A DNA stretch of 64,000 nt from Dudresnaya verticillata (GCA_977862235.1 OZ374558.1:3162001-3226000), one strand, 5' to 3'. Shown: positions 48,922 to 60,918, counted from the first letter of the stretch. Notes: a model not told the origin generated them from the letters alone. Made by a program: numbers and translations.

Positions 48922-49800
48922 CTAAGAATTGTTTCTTGCTTTACACACGTTGTTCAGGAGTCTAATCCAAAAAAGATTCAAGTGAGGAGAAACATTGCTA
49001 TATATCGGAAGCATTTTCGACTCCTCATTAATTGTAACGACAGCGAGTGAGCTAAACGCTGAACTGGAGATCGGAGGATCTGCTTCAGGACAGTCCCTTT
49101 CAACCACATAATTGGCTTGGCAGAGTTGTGCAATGATACGACAGCGACTCATCCACATTTGTTTGAAGAATGAGTTTCCTAGGTACACGATACCTTCGTA
49201 CTGGAAGAGACTGCATTCTTCAATTACATCATTGTTCAGAAAAAAAGGGCAGTGTGGCATGAACAAAACCTTACAGGAACCCGGCGGTGGGGGATCAATC
49301 GGATTTTGTCCCGCCGGCACAACTTGAAAACCAAGGTGCTTTGCGAAGTTGATTTCATCTCTTGTGAGCAGCGGATCTGTAATCTTGCAGTCGGTACCGT
49401 ACCCAAGCTCATCTTTTATAATTAGTGCGCATGCCAGCTGATACATTGGATTCTCCAGAGCTTGAAACGACCCGATGCCGATTACTTGCAATGAAAAAGG
49501 CTTTCGTCCTGCTCTGGCCTCCTCCAGATCGTGTTTGACGACGCTCCACCATTTGCTTCTGCGGAGCTGTTCTTTAAACAGCGATACTTTGTTCAGCATC
49601 TGCCTGTGACATCTCCAAGCGCGATATCGCTTCCGTAAATTGCCAAATACGCTCGTCAATGCTGACCAAAAGCCTAGAACTTCCTTACGCAACCGGAAGA
49701 AGATGTGCACATCATCGGAGCTGGGATCCACAAATCCAAACGAGTTGCTCGGAGGAGCTTCTTCTCCTTTTCCGTGCATGCAATCGCTACCGTTCTTCAT
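48922..49800 (-). CDS. SRR1: SRR1-domain protein, copy 2
   Basis: Identical 292-aa translation. Confidence 0.8.
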   Translation of the reverse strand: MKNGSDCMHGKGEEAPPSNSFGFVDPSSDDVHIFFRLRKEVLGFWSALTSVFGNLRKRYRAWRCHRQMLNKVSLFKEQLRRSKWWSVVKHDLEEARAGRKPFSLQVIGIGSFQALENPMYQLACALIIKDELGYGTDCKITDPLLTRDEINFAKHLGFQVVPAGQNPIDPPPPGSCKVLFMPHCPFFLNNDVIEECSLFQYEGIVYLGNSFFKQMWMSRCRIIAQLCQANYVVERDCPEADPPISSSAFSSLAVVTINEESKMLPIYSNVSPHLNLFWIRLLNNVCKARNNS

Positions 49801-51271
49801 TTGACTTGGGTTTGCGTTGCGCCTTTTTGGGATCCTTGCTTCGGAGTACTAGTATTGACAGTCGCCCCTCCAACTCGCAGACTGTAAGGGGTGCGAAGAT
49901 GCCGGTTGAGTATGCTTTTCAACGCTCGTCGAGTAGATTTGATTTGTGCTTGAACAGGGGTGCTAGAGTGAGAAGCCTTGAGTAATAGCGTGCGTTGAGG
50001 TGAAGATGCAAGGAGTCGGGGCTTAGTGCGAATGTGTTGCTTTTATATCTTCAATGGTCGGCCAGGTGGGTTGTTTTGTTAGGAACAGGCTGCCTACAAT
50101 CTTCCTACAATCTCCAACATTTATCACGTTTTTGAAGCGGCATTTTTACGATGTGTTACTATGTTGCGGTAGCGTGAATCGCCGCAACTTATCCCATCCA
50201 CTTGCTAATTGTCCCGGTGGATAGACTGCTTCACACGGTCGATCCATCGATTGAAGTAAAGGTCTTGTTATTTCGACCCAACCGTCTAACGGGCCCCGGT
50301 CTCCCGGGTAGGACCACTCTAAATGAATTGTATTCATTTCGATGATCCATTTCATTTCATTGTATCATTTCAAGGCGCGAAGAAGAGGTTTTAGTTTCGA
50401 GCGATTGGAGAAGGTGCAACGTGGATTGGACCACTGGTCCTGAAAGAGGATTTTTCTGACGACCAAATTCTCGTCGGGAACCGGCTCACCACCCCGCCCT
50501 CTAGAAGGCGTCTGGTCCGCTTCGTTGGGACGAAACCTTCAAGACCAGAATGCCCTCGTTTACATACTCCCGTCTTGGTGCGGTACGGTTGAGCTTTTGT
50601 ATACACTTGTCGACAACCCTGTGACGAGCAAAAATGCCGCAACCTCGAAGACACAAGCTTCCGTTCGCAGAAAGCCTTCCGAAGAAGCACATGGACCCCT
50701 GCACCCGTCGCTAGGCTTCTCGGCGTTTTCCCGCCCTCCCGTCTCCGTGAGAACAGGGCGTTCTCTACACTTCTCCAATGTTCTATTGAATCGTATTTCG
50801 CGATTTAGTTCTTTATCTACGGTAGTCACCTTTTCCAGTGGTTGGGAATCCGCTCAAAAATAGCCGTGATTGTGCATATGCATCTCCATGGTACATGCGG
50901 ACCGTCTCAATTCTCATCCTCTGAACGAGGCTGGGTACTTGCCAAACCTTCGTTTATGACGAGTTCTCTTTAAATACGCTAGTGCATTTGTGCACTGTTC
51001 TGGCCTCCTGAGAGAGAGCGGAGAGACAGAATGGCATATCTTCGGCCCATGGGGCAATAAATGGGGAAAAGGAAGTTGGCCTCTGAGGGCCGATACATTT
51101 TATCGAGATCGCGGCTATGTACATAGCGGCGCGATATTCTTAAGATCCTATCCCGTCTAAGAAAGGATGTCTATGCAACAAGAAGTAGCAATTGAAAGCT
51201 GCTTCCTCCATCTAACAAAAGTGCTTGCAATCTGGATAAGATCCATTTTCAAAATGCTAGTAGTTTACAGC

Positions 51272-51631
51272 TTAGTGGAGATTCGTCTTGGTGGCCTGCG
51301 GCGCGCAGTCGTTGATGCGGTCGTTGATGCACTGCAGCTTCCACGCATCCTCGACACATCGGCACCTCTTCAAGAACGTCTTGATGCACTTCCCAATGCG
51401 CTTCTGCACACGACCTGCGCGCTTCGGCTTGAAGCACTTCATCGTCACACGGATGTTGGCCTCGACCGGCGGAACTGAGATGTACTCGTCAATGCTCTTG
51501 CGCACCTGACCCGGTTTGCAGCCATCGGTGGACTCGGAGAAGTAAGGGGTGGTGGTGACCTTGACACAGGTCTTGGCGGCGTTGGCGACGGCGAGGAGAG
51601 CAACGAGAGCGAAGATGTTGAAGAACTTCAT
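51272..51631 (-). CDS. 119-aa secreted basic cysteine-rich protein, copy 5
   Basis: Identical protein; different 3' synonymous variants and 3' flank. Confidence 0.92.
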   Translation of the reverse strand: MKFFNIFALVALLAVANAAKTCVKVTTTPYFSESTDGCKPGQVRKSIDEYISVPPVEANIRVTMKCFKPKRAGRVQKRIGKCIKTFLKRCRCVEDAWKLQCINDRINDCAPQATKTNLH

Positions 51632-54058
51632 TTTTGAGAGTGTGTAGAGGGGTTTGGGTGAGATGGAGAGTTGCTTGAGGCTCTGCGAATTGTGAAGGTG
51701 GTGGTAAGGGTAGTTGGTTTGGAGCATGTGAGTCTGAGCGTATTTATAGTCATTGCATCAATCTCTGTGGCGTCTATCGCGAGAACTGTGAGGATGCCAT
51801 ACTAGAAGTGACTGTCCGAATACAATACGAGTCCAGAAAGGCCGTCGAGGACAAATAATTTGGCGATCGCTAACAAAGAAACCTGTTCTGTTAACCTTCA
51901 GGAGCCCGAAAAGGTCGGTAGCTAATGAAAAGACAACGAAAACCGCGTCTTGACGACACGGCTCTATCAAAATCACAGCATACAAACAAGATAGCTCTGT
52001 CAAGTTCGACACGGTCTTTCGGAAAGCTCGGGAAGCACACCTGGTTGTTTGATCTCTTCCCTCAATCGTACTCTGGAAAGGGCCAACTCAAGTTTTTGCG
52101 CTGACGCGTGAAAGACGGCCATCGTTTGACGAATACTAATCGTACACACGATGCGCTTGCCGAAGAAACCATCGCTGTCGGAGGGCGCTTTCCTCGGTGC
52201 TTTCTGGGTGCAGAAACCCTTGCAGTCTACGGTGGGCAGATATCTATGTAGAACTTTGTAAGCAACAGCGGTTGGTAGCACAAGACTACAATATATCCGA
52301 TCCGTCTGCCGGTGTTTGATATATCTTTTTGTTTCCGTGAAGCCTGTCAGCAGAGTAAATGAAGAAATGTTCCGACTTGAATTCAGTTCCGTTCGACACA
52401 ACGAAACTAACCCAAACTGTCTACACGACACGTGGGTCTCCCTGCTCTTCGGGATGGGTGCGATGGAAAGCCAGCTCGAACATAGCAATGAACTTCCATG
52501 ACACACCGACACGGGGAAATGCGTCTCGTAGCTTTGAAGAATCTCACTCAAGTACGTGAAGCATATGTCCACTAGAGTGATGATTGCCACCCACTTGTCC
52601 CAAGGTGAGCGCGTTCACTAATAGAACCGAGTAGACGGCACAATGTCTGCCAGCTCCTATGACAAAACAAACACCTGTGAGACAATTTCTGGCGCAGACG
52701 TGACAGCACTGAGAGATGACGAAGCACATGACGTGGCATTCAAATGTTGTGCTTTTTTGCCTCTCTGCTGTTACTTTCAGAATTCTATCGATTCAATTCT
52801 CGTGGACTTCTACACGTTCTCCACGACCAGATGGTTTGAGTTCCGTTCGCAAACTTTAAACTCCAGACCATTGTTATTTCGAGTCAATACTCAACACTTT
52901 GCGACCCAGCGTTACTTGTTTCTGTTAATCACTAGTCATGCAATGTAATCGACAAGACCCGTTACCGCTTCTTATTCTGGCTCCTCCTAAATAACGGCGT
53001 CTTGATGACTCGGAATGAAGCATATGAATTGGGATTGTGGTGAATGCTCGATGGTCTAGATCGATGGTCTAGAATACCGTTGCGGCTGCATTAAACGGGG
53101 TTCTGACATTCAATAGCAAAAATGCCACTGCGCCACTTGCGCTGACATCCGTTGACAATACACAGCGATTAAAGATCACACAGGATTTATCTCCTGACAC
53201 TCACGATCTTGTTAGTCAAGGCCACTCTTTCTGCAAAAAGGATTTCCAATGTCATGCAGAAATGGTACGCACAGAGTATTATCTTCCATCAGGATTAAGA
53301 ATCTCGTTCATGGGAACTTTTCCGCGTATTGAAAGTGGATGGGGATGATAGATGAACTACTTGTTACACAGTCCTGGGAGAGATTTCAACATCTCCCATA
53401 AGGCAACAGAGGAAGAGCCTTGGTCTTGTTAACCGTAATGATCGCATGCGAGACTGCAAACATCTTCAAGACCAAAAAGTATATGAAGGGAGAAATGCTC
53501 ACAGATTCGTAGTCAGTTCTTGCCAGTCAGCAGAAACTCAAGATGGCCCACTCCAAAACACATAAGTGATATCAAAACGCCTAGTCGGGTGCCAAACTCC
53601 TCAGTCCCCCCTCTCGAGTCTTCTCGTAGACACTATCGAACTATCTCGTTTGTATGCTGTGCTTTGGAGGAGCGCCATGTCATCGAGACGCGAATTTTGC
53701 TGCGTGTTCAATAGCTTTCGACGTAATGATATAGACGTTTTCACGCCCCCTGAATAGTACCAGCAAGGCCATAACACCTATTACTTGCATATTACCAGAA
53801 CAGGCTTGTTTGTTATCAAACACTACACTTTTCGCCATCAACGGCCCTTTCACACTCTTCTTCGGAGTTCCGGGTTGGGGTAGCCGTTGCTAGCATGCCC
53901 CAAGACTCCGTGGTAGGCTCGACAGAGATTGATGCAATGACTATAAATACGCTCAGACTCACATGCTCCAAACCAACTACCCTTACCACCACCTTCACAA
54001 TTCGCAGAGCCTCAAGCAACTCTCCATCTCACCCAAACCCCTCTACACACTCTCAAAA

Positions 54059-54418
54059 ATGAAGTTCTTCAACATCTTCGCTCTCGTTGCTCTCCTCGCC
54101 GTCGCCAACGCCGCCAAGACCTGTGTCAAGGTCACCACCACCCCTTACTTCTCCGAGTCCACCGATGGCTGCAAACCGGGTCAGGTGCGCAAGAGCATTG
54201 ACGAGTACATCTCAGTTCCGCCGGTCGAGGCCAACATCCGTGTGACGATGAAGTGCTTCAAGCCGAAGCGCGCAGGTCGTGTGCAGAAGCGCATTGGGAA
54301 GTGCATCAAGACGTTCTTGAAGAGGTGTCGGTGTGTCGAGGATGCGTGGAAGCTGCAGTGCATCAACGACCGTATCAACGACTGCGCGCCGCAGGCCACC
54401 AAGACGAATCTCCACTAA
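54059..54418 (+). CDS. 119-aa secreted basic cysteine-rich protein, copy 6
   Basis: Identical protein. Confidence 0.92.
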   Translation: MKFFNIFALVALLAVANAAKTCVKVTTTPYFSESTDGCKPGQVRKSIDEYISVPPVEANIRVTMKCFKPKRAGRVQKRIGKCIKTFLKRCRCVEDAWKLQCINDRINDCAPQATKTNLH

Positions 54419-55419
54419 ATTGTCTACTAATTGGACTATCCAACTTGTATCCTTGATGGATACTTCTTTAGAGTTATTGAACTACATGCGTGCAATATCA
54501 GATCAATAAAGTATTGCGAACATATCAGAATTCCCCTAATACTGCAGTAATGCCAATAGTCTTCTAGACTTTCTGAACTACTACTATTAATATCTCAAGC
54601 TGCGAAGTATCAAGTTTATAAGAACCTTCAATAGTTCATTAACTCTTGGCCTGAGTCAAGACAACTCGAACAACTAGTATACGACATTCAACTATACTTT
54701 ATCATTGATCTACTTTTCTATCTTGTGTATTCATATCTTCCGTCCTCTTGCTGTGTTTCTCTCTTCTTTATCAAGGGACTTACCCGGTTCTGCAAGGAAT
54801 TTTCCAGATGGAGGTAGCTTTCAATTTTTAGTGAATGCTCAACGTACTTTATAGACAGGGTGGGACCTTAACAATATCTCGTTGAGGTCTGGGAAACACT
54901 ACAGCTACTCTAACTTGCGCACTACTTTCCATGAACAGTAATATCTCCTCACGTCTTATGTCATGGCGTTCCCTCGTGTTCGAAATAGGCTCTTTCCGTT
55001 TAGGACATTACTCAACCACTGCCCCTAAAGTCTAAATCCAGGACGTGATATAGGTCGCCGCTGTCGGTATTTACAAGCCTAGAAGGGTGGTCATGCAGTA
55101 ACGATATGATGCAGAATAGTCGGTTGCTGCACCACCATTGTTGATCTTAAGGTCTGGAAGTACGTCGGATCGGATCAGCGGAGGCCACTTTCTTCGAAGA
55201 CAGTCAGAGCACAGGAGCTCAAGACGAAACTTTTCTTGCTTTCCCACACATACACAGCCGCTCTCCGAAGATCTCAAGAAGCTGCTCCTCATAATATCTC
55301 AACGAAATGAACTTCCGCATTTGTAGAAAGGTACTATCTATATTGACAGCGTATACTTCAACTTGCTTCCTTACAGCGAGGTCACAGCACGCACCACCTT
55401 TTTTTAGCAGCGCTCGATT

Positions 55420-56298
55420 CTAAGAATTGTTTCTTGCTTTACACACGTTGTTCAGGAGTCTAATCCAAAAAAGATTCAAGTGAGGAGAAACATTGCTATA
55501 TATCGGAAGCATTTTCGACTCCTCATTAATTGTAACGACAGCGAGTGAGCTAAACGCTGAACTGGAGATCGGAGGATCTGCTTCAGGACAGTCCCTTTCA
55601 ACCACATAATTGGCTTGGCAGAGTTGTGCAATGATACGACAGCGACTCATCCACATTTGTTTGAAGAATGAGTTTCCTAGGTACACGATACCTTCGTACT
55701 GGAAGAGACTGCATTCTTCAATTACATCATTGTTCAGAAAAAAAGGGCAGTGTGGCATGAACAAAACCTTACAGGAACCCGGCGGTGGGGGATCAATCGG
55801 ATTTTGTCCCGCCGGCACAACTTGAAAACCAAGGTGCTTTGCGAAGTTGATTTCATCTCTTGTGAGCAGCGGATCTGTAATCTTGCAGTCGGTACCGTAC
55901 CCAAGCTCATCTTTTATAATTAGTGCGCATGCCAGCTGATACATTGGATTCTCCAGAGCTTGAAACGACCCGATGCCGATTACTTGCAATGAAAAAGGCT
56001 TTCGTCCTGCTCTGGCCTCCTCCAGATCGTGTTTGACGACGCTCCACCATTTGCTTCTGCGGAGCTGTTCTTTAAACAGCGATACTTTGTTCAGCATCTG
56101 CCTGTGACATCTCCAAGCGCGATATCGCTTCCGTAAATTGCCAAATACGCTCGTCAATGCTGACCAAAAGCCTAGAACTTCCTTACGCAACCGGAAGAAG
56201 ATGTGCACATCATCGGAGCTGGGATCCACAAATCCAAACGAGTTGCTCGGAGGAGCTTCTTCTCCTTTTCCGTGCATGCAATCGCTACCGTTCTTCAT
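55420..56298 (-). CDS. SRR1: SRR1-domain protein, copy 3
   Basis: Identical 292-aa translation. Confidence 0.8.
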   Translation of the reverse strand: MKNGSDCMHGKGEEAPPSNSFGFVDPSSDDVHIFFRLRKEVLGFWSALTSVFGNLRKRYRAWRCHRQMLNKVSLFKEQLRRSKWWSVVKHDLEEARAGRKPFSLQVIGIGSFQALENPMYQLACALIIKDELGYGTDCKITDPLLTRDEINFAKHLGFQVVPAGQNPIDPPPPGSCKVLFMPHCPFFLNNDVIEECSLFQYEGIVYLGNSFFKQMWMSRCRIIAQLCQANYVVERDCPEADPPISSSAFSSLAVVTINEESKMLPIYSNVSPHLNLFWIRLLNNVCKARNNS

Positions 56299-57769
56299 TT
56301 GACTTGGGTTTGCGTTGCGCCTTTTTGGGATCCTTGCTTCGGAGTACTAGTATTGACAGTCGCCCCTCCAACTCGCAGACTGTAAGGGGTGCGAAGATGC
56401 CGGTTGAGTATGCTTTTCAACGCTCGTCGAGTAGATTTGATTTGTGCTTGAACAGGGGTGCTAGAGTGAGAAGCCTTGAGTAATAGCGTGCGTTGAGGTG
56501 AAGATGCAAGGAGTCGGGGCTTAGTGCGAATGTGTTGCTTTTATATCTTCAATGGTCGGCCAGGTGGGTTGTTTTGTTAGGAACAGGCTGCCTACAATCT
56601 TCCTACAATCTCCAACATTTATCACGTTTTTGAAGCGGCATTTTTACGATGTGTTACTATGTTGCGGTAGCGTGAATCGCCGCAACTTATCCCATCCACT
56701 TGCTAATTGTCCCGGTGGATAGACTGCTTCACACGGTCGATCCATCGATTGAAGTAAAGGTCTTGTTATTTCGACCCAACCGTCTAACGGGCCCCGGTCT
56801 CCCGGGTAGGACCACTCTAAATGAATTGTATTCATTTCGATGATCCATTTCATTTCATTGTATCATTTCAAGGCGCGAAGAAGAGGTTTTAGTTTCGAGC
56901 GATTGGAGAAGGTGCAACGTGGATTGGACCACTGGTCCTGAAAGAGGATTTTTCTGACGACCAAATTCTCGTCGGGAACCGGCTCACCACCCCGCCCTCT
57001 AGAAGGCGTCTGGTCCGCTTCGTTGGGACGAAACCTTCAAGACCAGAATGCCCTCGTTTACATACTCCCGTCTTGGTGCGGTACGGTTGAGCTTTTGTAT
57101 ACACTTGTCGACAACCCTGTGACGAGCAAAAATGCCGCAACCTCGAAGACACAAGCTTCCGTTCGCAGAAAGCCTTCCGAAGAAGCACATGGACCCCTGC
57201 ACCCGTCGCTAGGCTTCTCGGCGTTTTCCCGCCCTCCCGTCTCCGTGAGAACAGGGCGTTCTCTACACTTCTCCAATGTTCTATTGAATCGTATTTCGCG
57301 ATTTAGTTCTTTATCTACGGTAGTCACCTTTTCCAGTGGTTGGGAATCCGCTCAAAAATAGCCGTGATTGTGCATATGCATCTCCATGGTACATGCGGAC
57401 CGTCTCAATTCTCATCCTCTGAACGAGGCTGGGTACTTGCCAAACCTTCGTTTATGACGAGTTCTCTTTAAATACGCTAGTGCATTTGTGCACTGTTCTG
57501 GCCTCCTGAGAGAGAGCGGAGAGACAGAATGGCATATCTTCGGCCCATGGGGCAATAAATGGGGAAAAGGAAGTTGGCCTCTGAGGGCCGATACATTTTA
57601 TCGAGATCGCGGCTATGTACATAGCGGCGCGATATTCTTAAGATCCTATCCCGTCTAAGAAAGGATGTCTATGCAACAAGAAGTAGCAATTGAAAGCTGC
57701 TTCCTCCATCTAACAAAAGTGCTTGCAATCTGGATAAGATCCATTTTCAAAATGCTAGTAGTTTACAGC

Positions 57770-58129
57770 TTAGTGGAGATTCGTCTTGGTGGCCTGCGGC
57801 GCGCAGTCGTTGATGCGGTCGTTGATGCACTGCAGCTTCCACGCATCCTCGACACATCGGCACCTCTTCAAGAACGTCTTGATGCACTTCCCAATGCGCT
57901 TCTGCACACGACCTGCGCGCTTCGGCTTGAAGCACTTCATCGTCACACGGATGTTGGCCTCGACCGGCGGAACTGAGATGTACTCGTCAATGCTCTTGCG
58001 CACCTGACCTGGCTTGCAGCCATCGGTGGACTCGGAGAAGTAAGGGGTGGTGGTGACCTTGACACAGGTCTTGGCGGCGTTGGCGACGGCGAGGAGAGCA
58101 ACGAGAGCGAAGATGTTGAAGAACTTCAT
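57770..58129 (-). CDS. 119-aa secreted basic cysteine-rich protein, copy 7 (diverged promoter)
   Basis: Identical protein; the upstream ~135 bp differs from the other amplicon copies. Confidence 0.9.
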   Translation of the reverse strand: MKFFNIFALVALLAVANAAKTCVKVTTTPYFSESTDGCKPGQVRKSIDEYISVPPVEANIRVTMKCFKPKRAGRVQKRIGKCIKTFLKRCRCVEDAWKLQCINDRINDCAPQATKTNLH

Positions 58130-58268
58130 TTTTGAGAGTTTATAGAGGGGTTTGGGTGAGACCGAGAGTTGCTTGAGGCTCTGCGAATTGTGAAGGAGGT
58201 GGTAAGGGTTGTCAGTTTGGAGTATGTGGGTCTCAGTGTATTTGTAGAGTCACTGTGTCAAGCTCTGT

Positions 58269-60421
58269 CGAGCCTACCACGGAGTCTTGGGGCATGCTAG
58301 CAACGGCTACCCCAACCCGGAACTCCGAAGAAGAGTGTGAAAGGGCCGTTGATGGCGAAAAGTGTAGTGTTTGATAACAAACAAGCCTGTTCTGGTAATA
58401 TGCAAGTAATAGGTGTTATGGCCTTGCTGGTACTATTCAGGGGGCGTGAAAACGTCTATATCATTACGTCGAAAGCTATTGAACACGCAGCAAAATTCGC
58501 GTCTCGATGACATGGCGCTCCTCCAAAGCACAGCATACAAACGAGATAGTTCGATAGTGTCTACGAGAAGACTCGAGAGGGGGGACTGAGGAGTTTGGCA
58601 CCCGACTAGGCGTTTTGATATCACTTATGTGTTTTGGAGTGGGCCATCTTGAGTTTCTGCTGACTGGCAAGAACTGACTACGAATCTGTGAGCATTTCTC
58701 CCTTCATATACTTTTTGGTCTTGAAGATGTTTGCAGTCTCGCATGCGATCATTACGGTTAACAAGACCAAGGCTCTTCCTCTGTTGCCTTATGGGAGATG
58801 TTGAAATCTCTCCCAGGACTGTGTAACAAGTAGTTCATCTATCATCCCCATCCACTTTCAATACGCGGAAAAGTTCCCATGAACGAGATTCTTAATCCTG
58901 ATGGAAGATAATACTCTGTGCGTACCATTTCTGCATGACATTGGAAATCCTTTTTGCAGAAAGAGTGGCCTTGACTAACAAGATCGTGAGTGTCAGGAGA
59001 TAAATCCTGTGTGATCTTTAATCGCTGTGTATTGTCAACGGATGTCAGCGCAAGTGGCGCAGTGGCATTTTTGCTATTGAATGTCAGAACCCCGTTTAAT
59101 GCAGCCGCAACGGTATTCTAGACCATCGATCTAGACCATCGAGCATTCACCACAATCCCAATTCATATGCTTCATTCCGAGTCATCAAGACGCCGTTATT
59201 TAGGAGGAGCCAGAATAAGAAGCGGTAACGGGTCTTGTCGATTACATTGCATGACTAGTGATTAACAGAAACAAGTAACGCTGGGTCGCAAAGTGTTGAG
59301 TATTGACTCGAAATAACAATGGTCTGGAGTTTAAAGTTTGCGAACGGAACTCAAACCATCTGGTCGTGGAGAACGTGTAGAAGTCCACGAGAATTGAATC
59401 GATAGAATTCTGAAAGTAACAGCAGAGAGGCAAAAAAGCACAACATTTGAATGCCACGTCATGTGCTTCGTCATCTCTCAGTGCTGTCACGTCTGCGCCA
59501 GAAATTGTCTCACAGGTGTTTGTTTTGTCATAGGAGCTGGCAGACATTGTGCCGTCTACTCGGTTCTATTAGTGAACGCGCTCACCTTGGGACAAGTGGG
59601 TGGCAATCATCACTCTAGTGGACATATGCTTCACGTACTTGAGTGAGATTCTTCAAAGCTACGAGACGCATTTCCCCGTGTCGGTGTGTCATGGAAGTTC
59701 ATTGCTATGTTCGAGCTGGCTTTCCATCGCACCCATCCCGAAGAGCAGGGAGACCCACGTGTCGTGTAGACAGTTTGGGTTAGTTTCGTTGTGTCGAACG
59801 GAACTGAATTCAAGTCGGAACATTTCTTCATTTACTCTGCTGACAGGCTTCACGGAAACAAAAAGATATATCAAACACCGGCAGACGGATCGGATATATT
59901 GTAGTCTTGTGCTACCAACCGCTGTTGCTTACAAAGTTCTACATAGATATCTGCCCACCGTAGACTGCAAGGGTTTCTGCACCCAGAAAGCACCGAGGAA
60001 AGCGCCCTCCGACAGCGATGGTTTCTTCGGCAAGCGCATCGTGTGTACGATTAGTATTCGTCAAACGATGGCCGTCTTTCACGCGTCAGCGCAAAAACTT
60101 GAGTTGGCCCTTTCCAGAGTACGATTGAGGGAAGAGATCAAACAACCAGGTGTGCTTCCCGAGCTTTCCGAAAGACCGTGTCGAACTTGACAGAGCTATC
60201 TTGTTTGTATGCTGTGATTTTGATAGAGCCGTGTCGTCAAGACGCGGTTTTCGTTGTCTTTTCATTAGCTACCGACCTTTTCGGGCTCCTGAAGGTTAAC
60301 AGAACAGGTTTCTTTGTTAGCGATCGCCAAATTATTTGTCCTCGACGGCCTTTCTGGACTCGTATTGTATTCGGACAGTCACTTCTAGTATGGCATCCTC
60401 ACAGTTCTCGCGATAGACGCC
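58269..60421. repeat. Inverted copy of the 2153-bp spacer (vs 45271-47423 and 51769-53921)
   Basis: Spacer ORFs switch strand (45502-46092 - vs 59600-60190 +; 47022-47216 + vs 58476-58670 -). Confidence 0.95.
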
Positions 60422-60558
60422 ACAGAGATTGATGCAATGACTATAAATACGCTCAGACTCACATGCTCCAAACCAACTACCCTTACCACCACCTTCACAA
60501 TTCGCAGAGCCTCAAGCAACTCTCCATCTCACCCAAACCCCTCTACACACTCTCAAAA

Positions 60559-60918
60559 ATGAAGTTCTTCAACATCTTCGCTCTCGTTGCTCTCCTCGCC
60601 GTCGCCAACGCCGCCAAGACCTGTGTCAAGGTCACCACCACCCCTTACTTCTCCGAGTCCACCGATGGCTGCAAACCGGGTCAGGTGCGCAAGAGCATTG
60701 ACGAGTACATCTCAGTTCCGCCGGTCGAGGCCAACATCCGTGTGACGATGAAGTGCTTCAAGCCGAAGCGCGCAGGTCGTGTGCAGAAGCGCATTGGGAA
60801 GTGCATCAAGACGTTCTTAAAGAGGTGTCGGTGTGTCGAGGATGCGTGGAAGCTGCAGTGCATCAACGACCGTATCAACGACTGCGCGCCGCAGGCCACC
60901 AAGACGAATCTCCACTAA
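60559..60918 (+). CDS. 119-aa secreted basic cysteine-rich protein, copy 8
   Basis: Identical protein; shares the TTA(Leu) variant with copy 3. Confidence 0.92.
   Translation: MKFFNIFALVALLAVANAAKTCVKVTTTPYFSESTDGCKPGQVRKSIDEYISVPPVEANIRVTMKCFKPKRAGRVQKRIGKCIKTFLKRCRCVEDAWKLQCINDRINDCAPQATKTNLH

Larger units (their letters stand above)
42366..50328. repeat. Palindrome: ~2.9-kb inverted arms (42366-45270 / 47424-50328) around a 2153-bp spacer
   Basis: Mirror ORF coordinates sum to 92694 (42894+49800, 45229+47465, 43900+48794). Arms look near-identical where compared. Confidence 0.95.

Noticed and set aside
51114..51127. 14-bp palindrome gctatgtacatagc absent from the homologous flank at ~41245
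   Set aside because: Could be an excision footprint, but too short to interpret.
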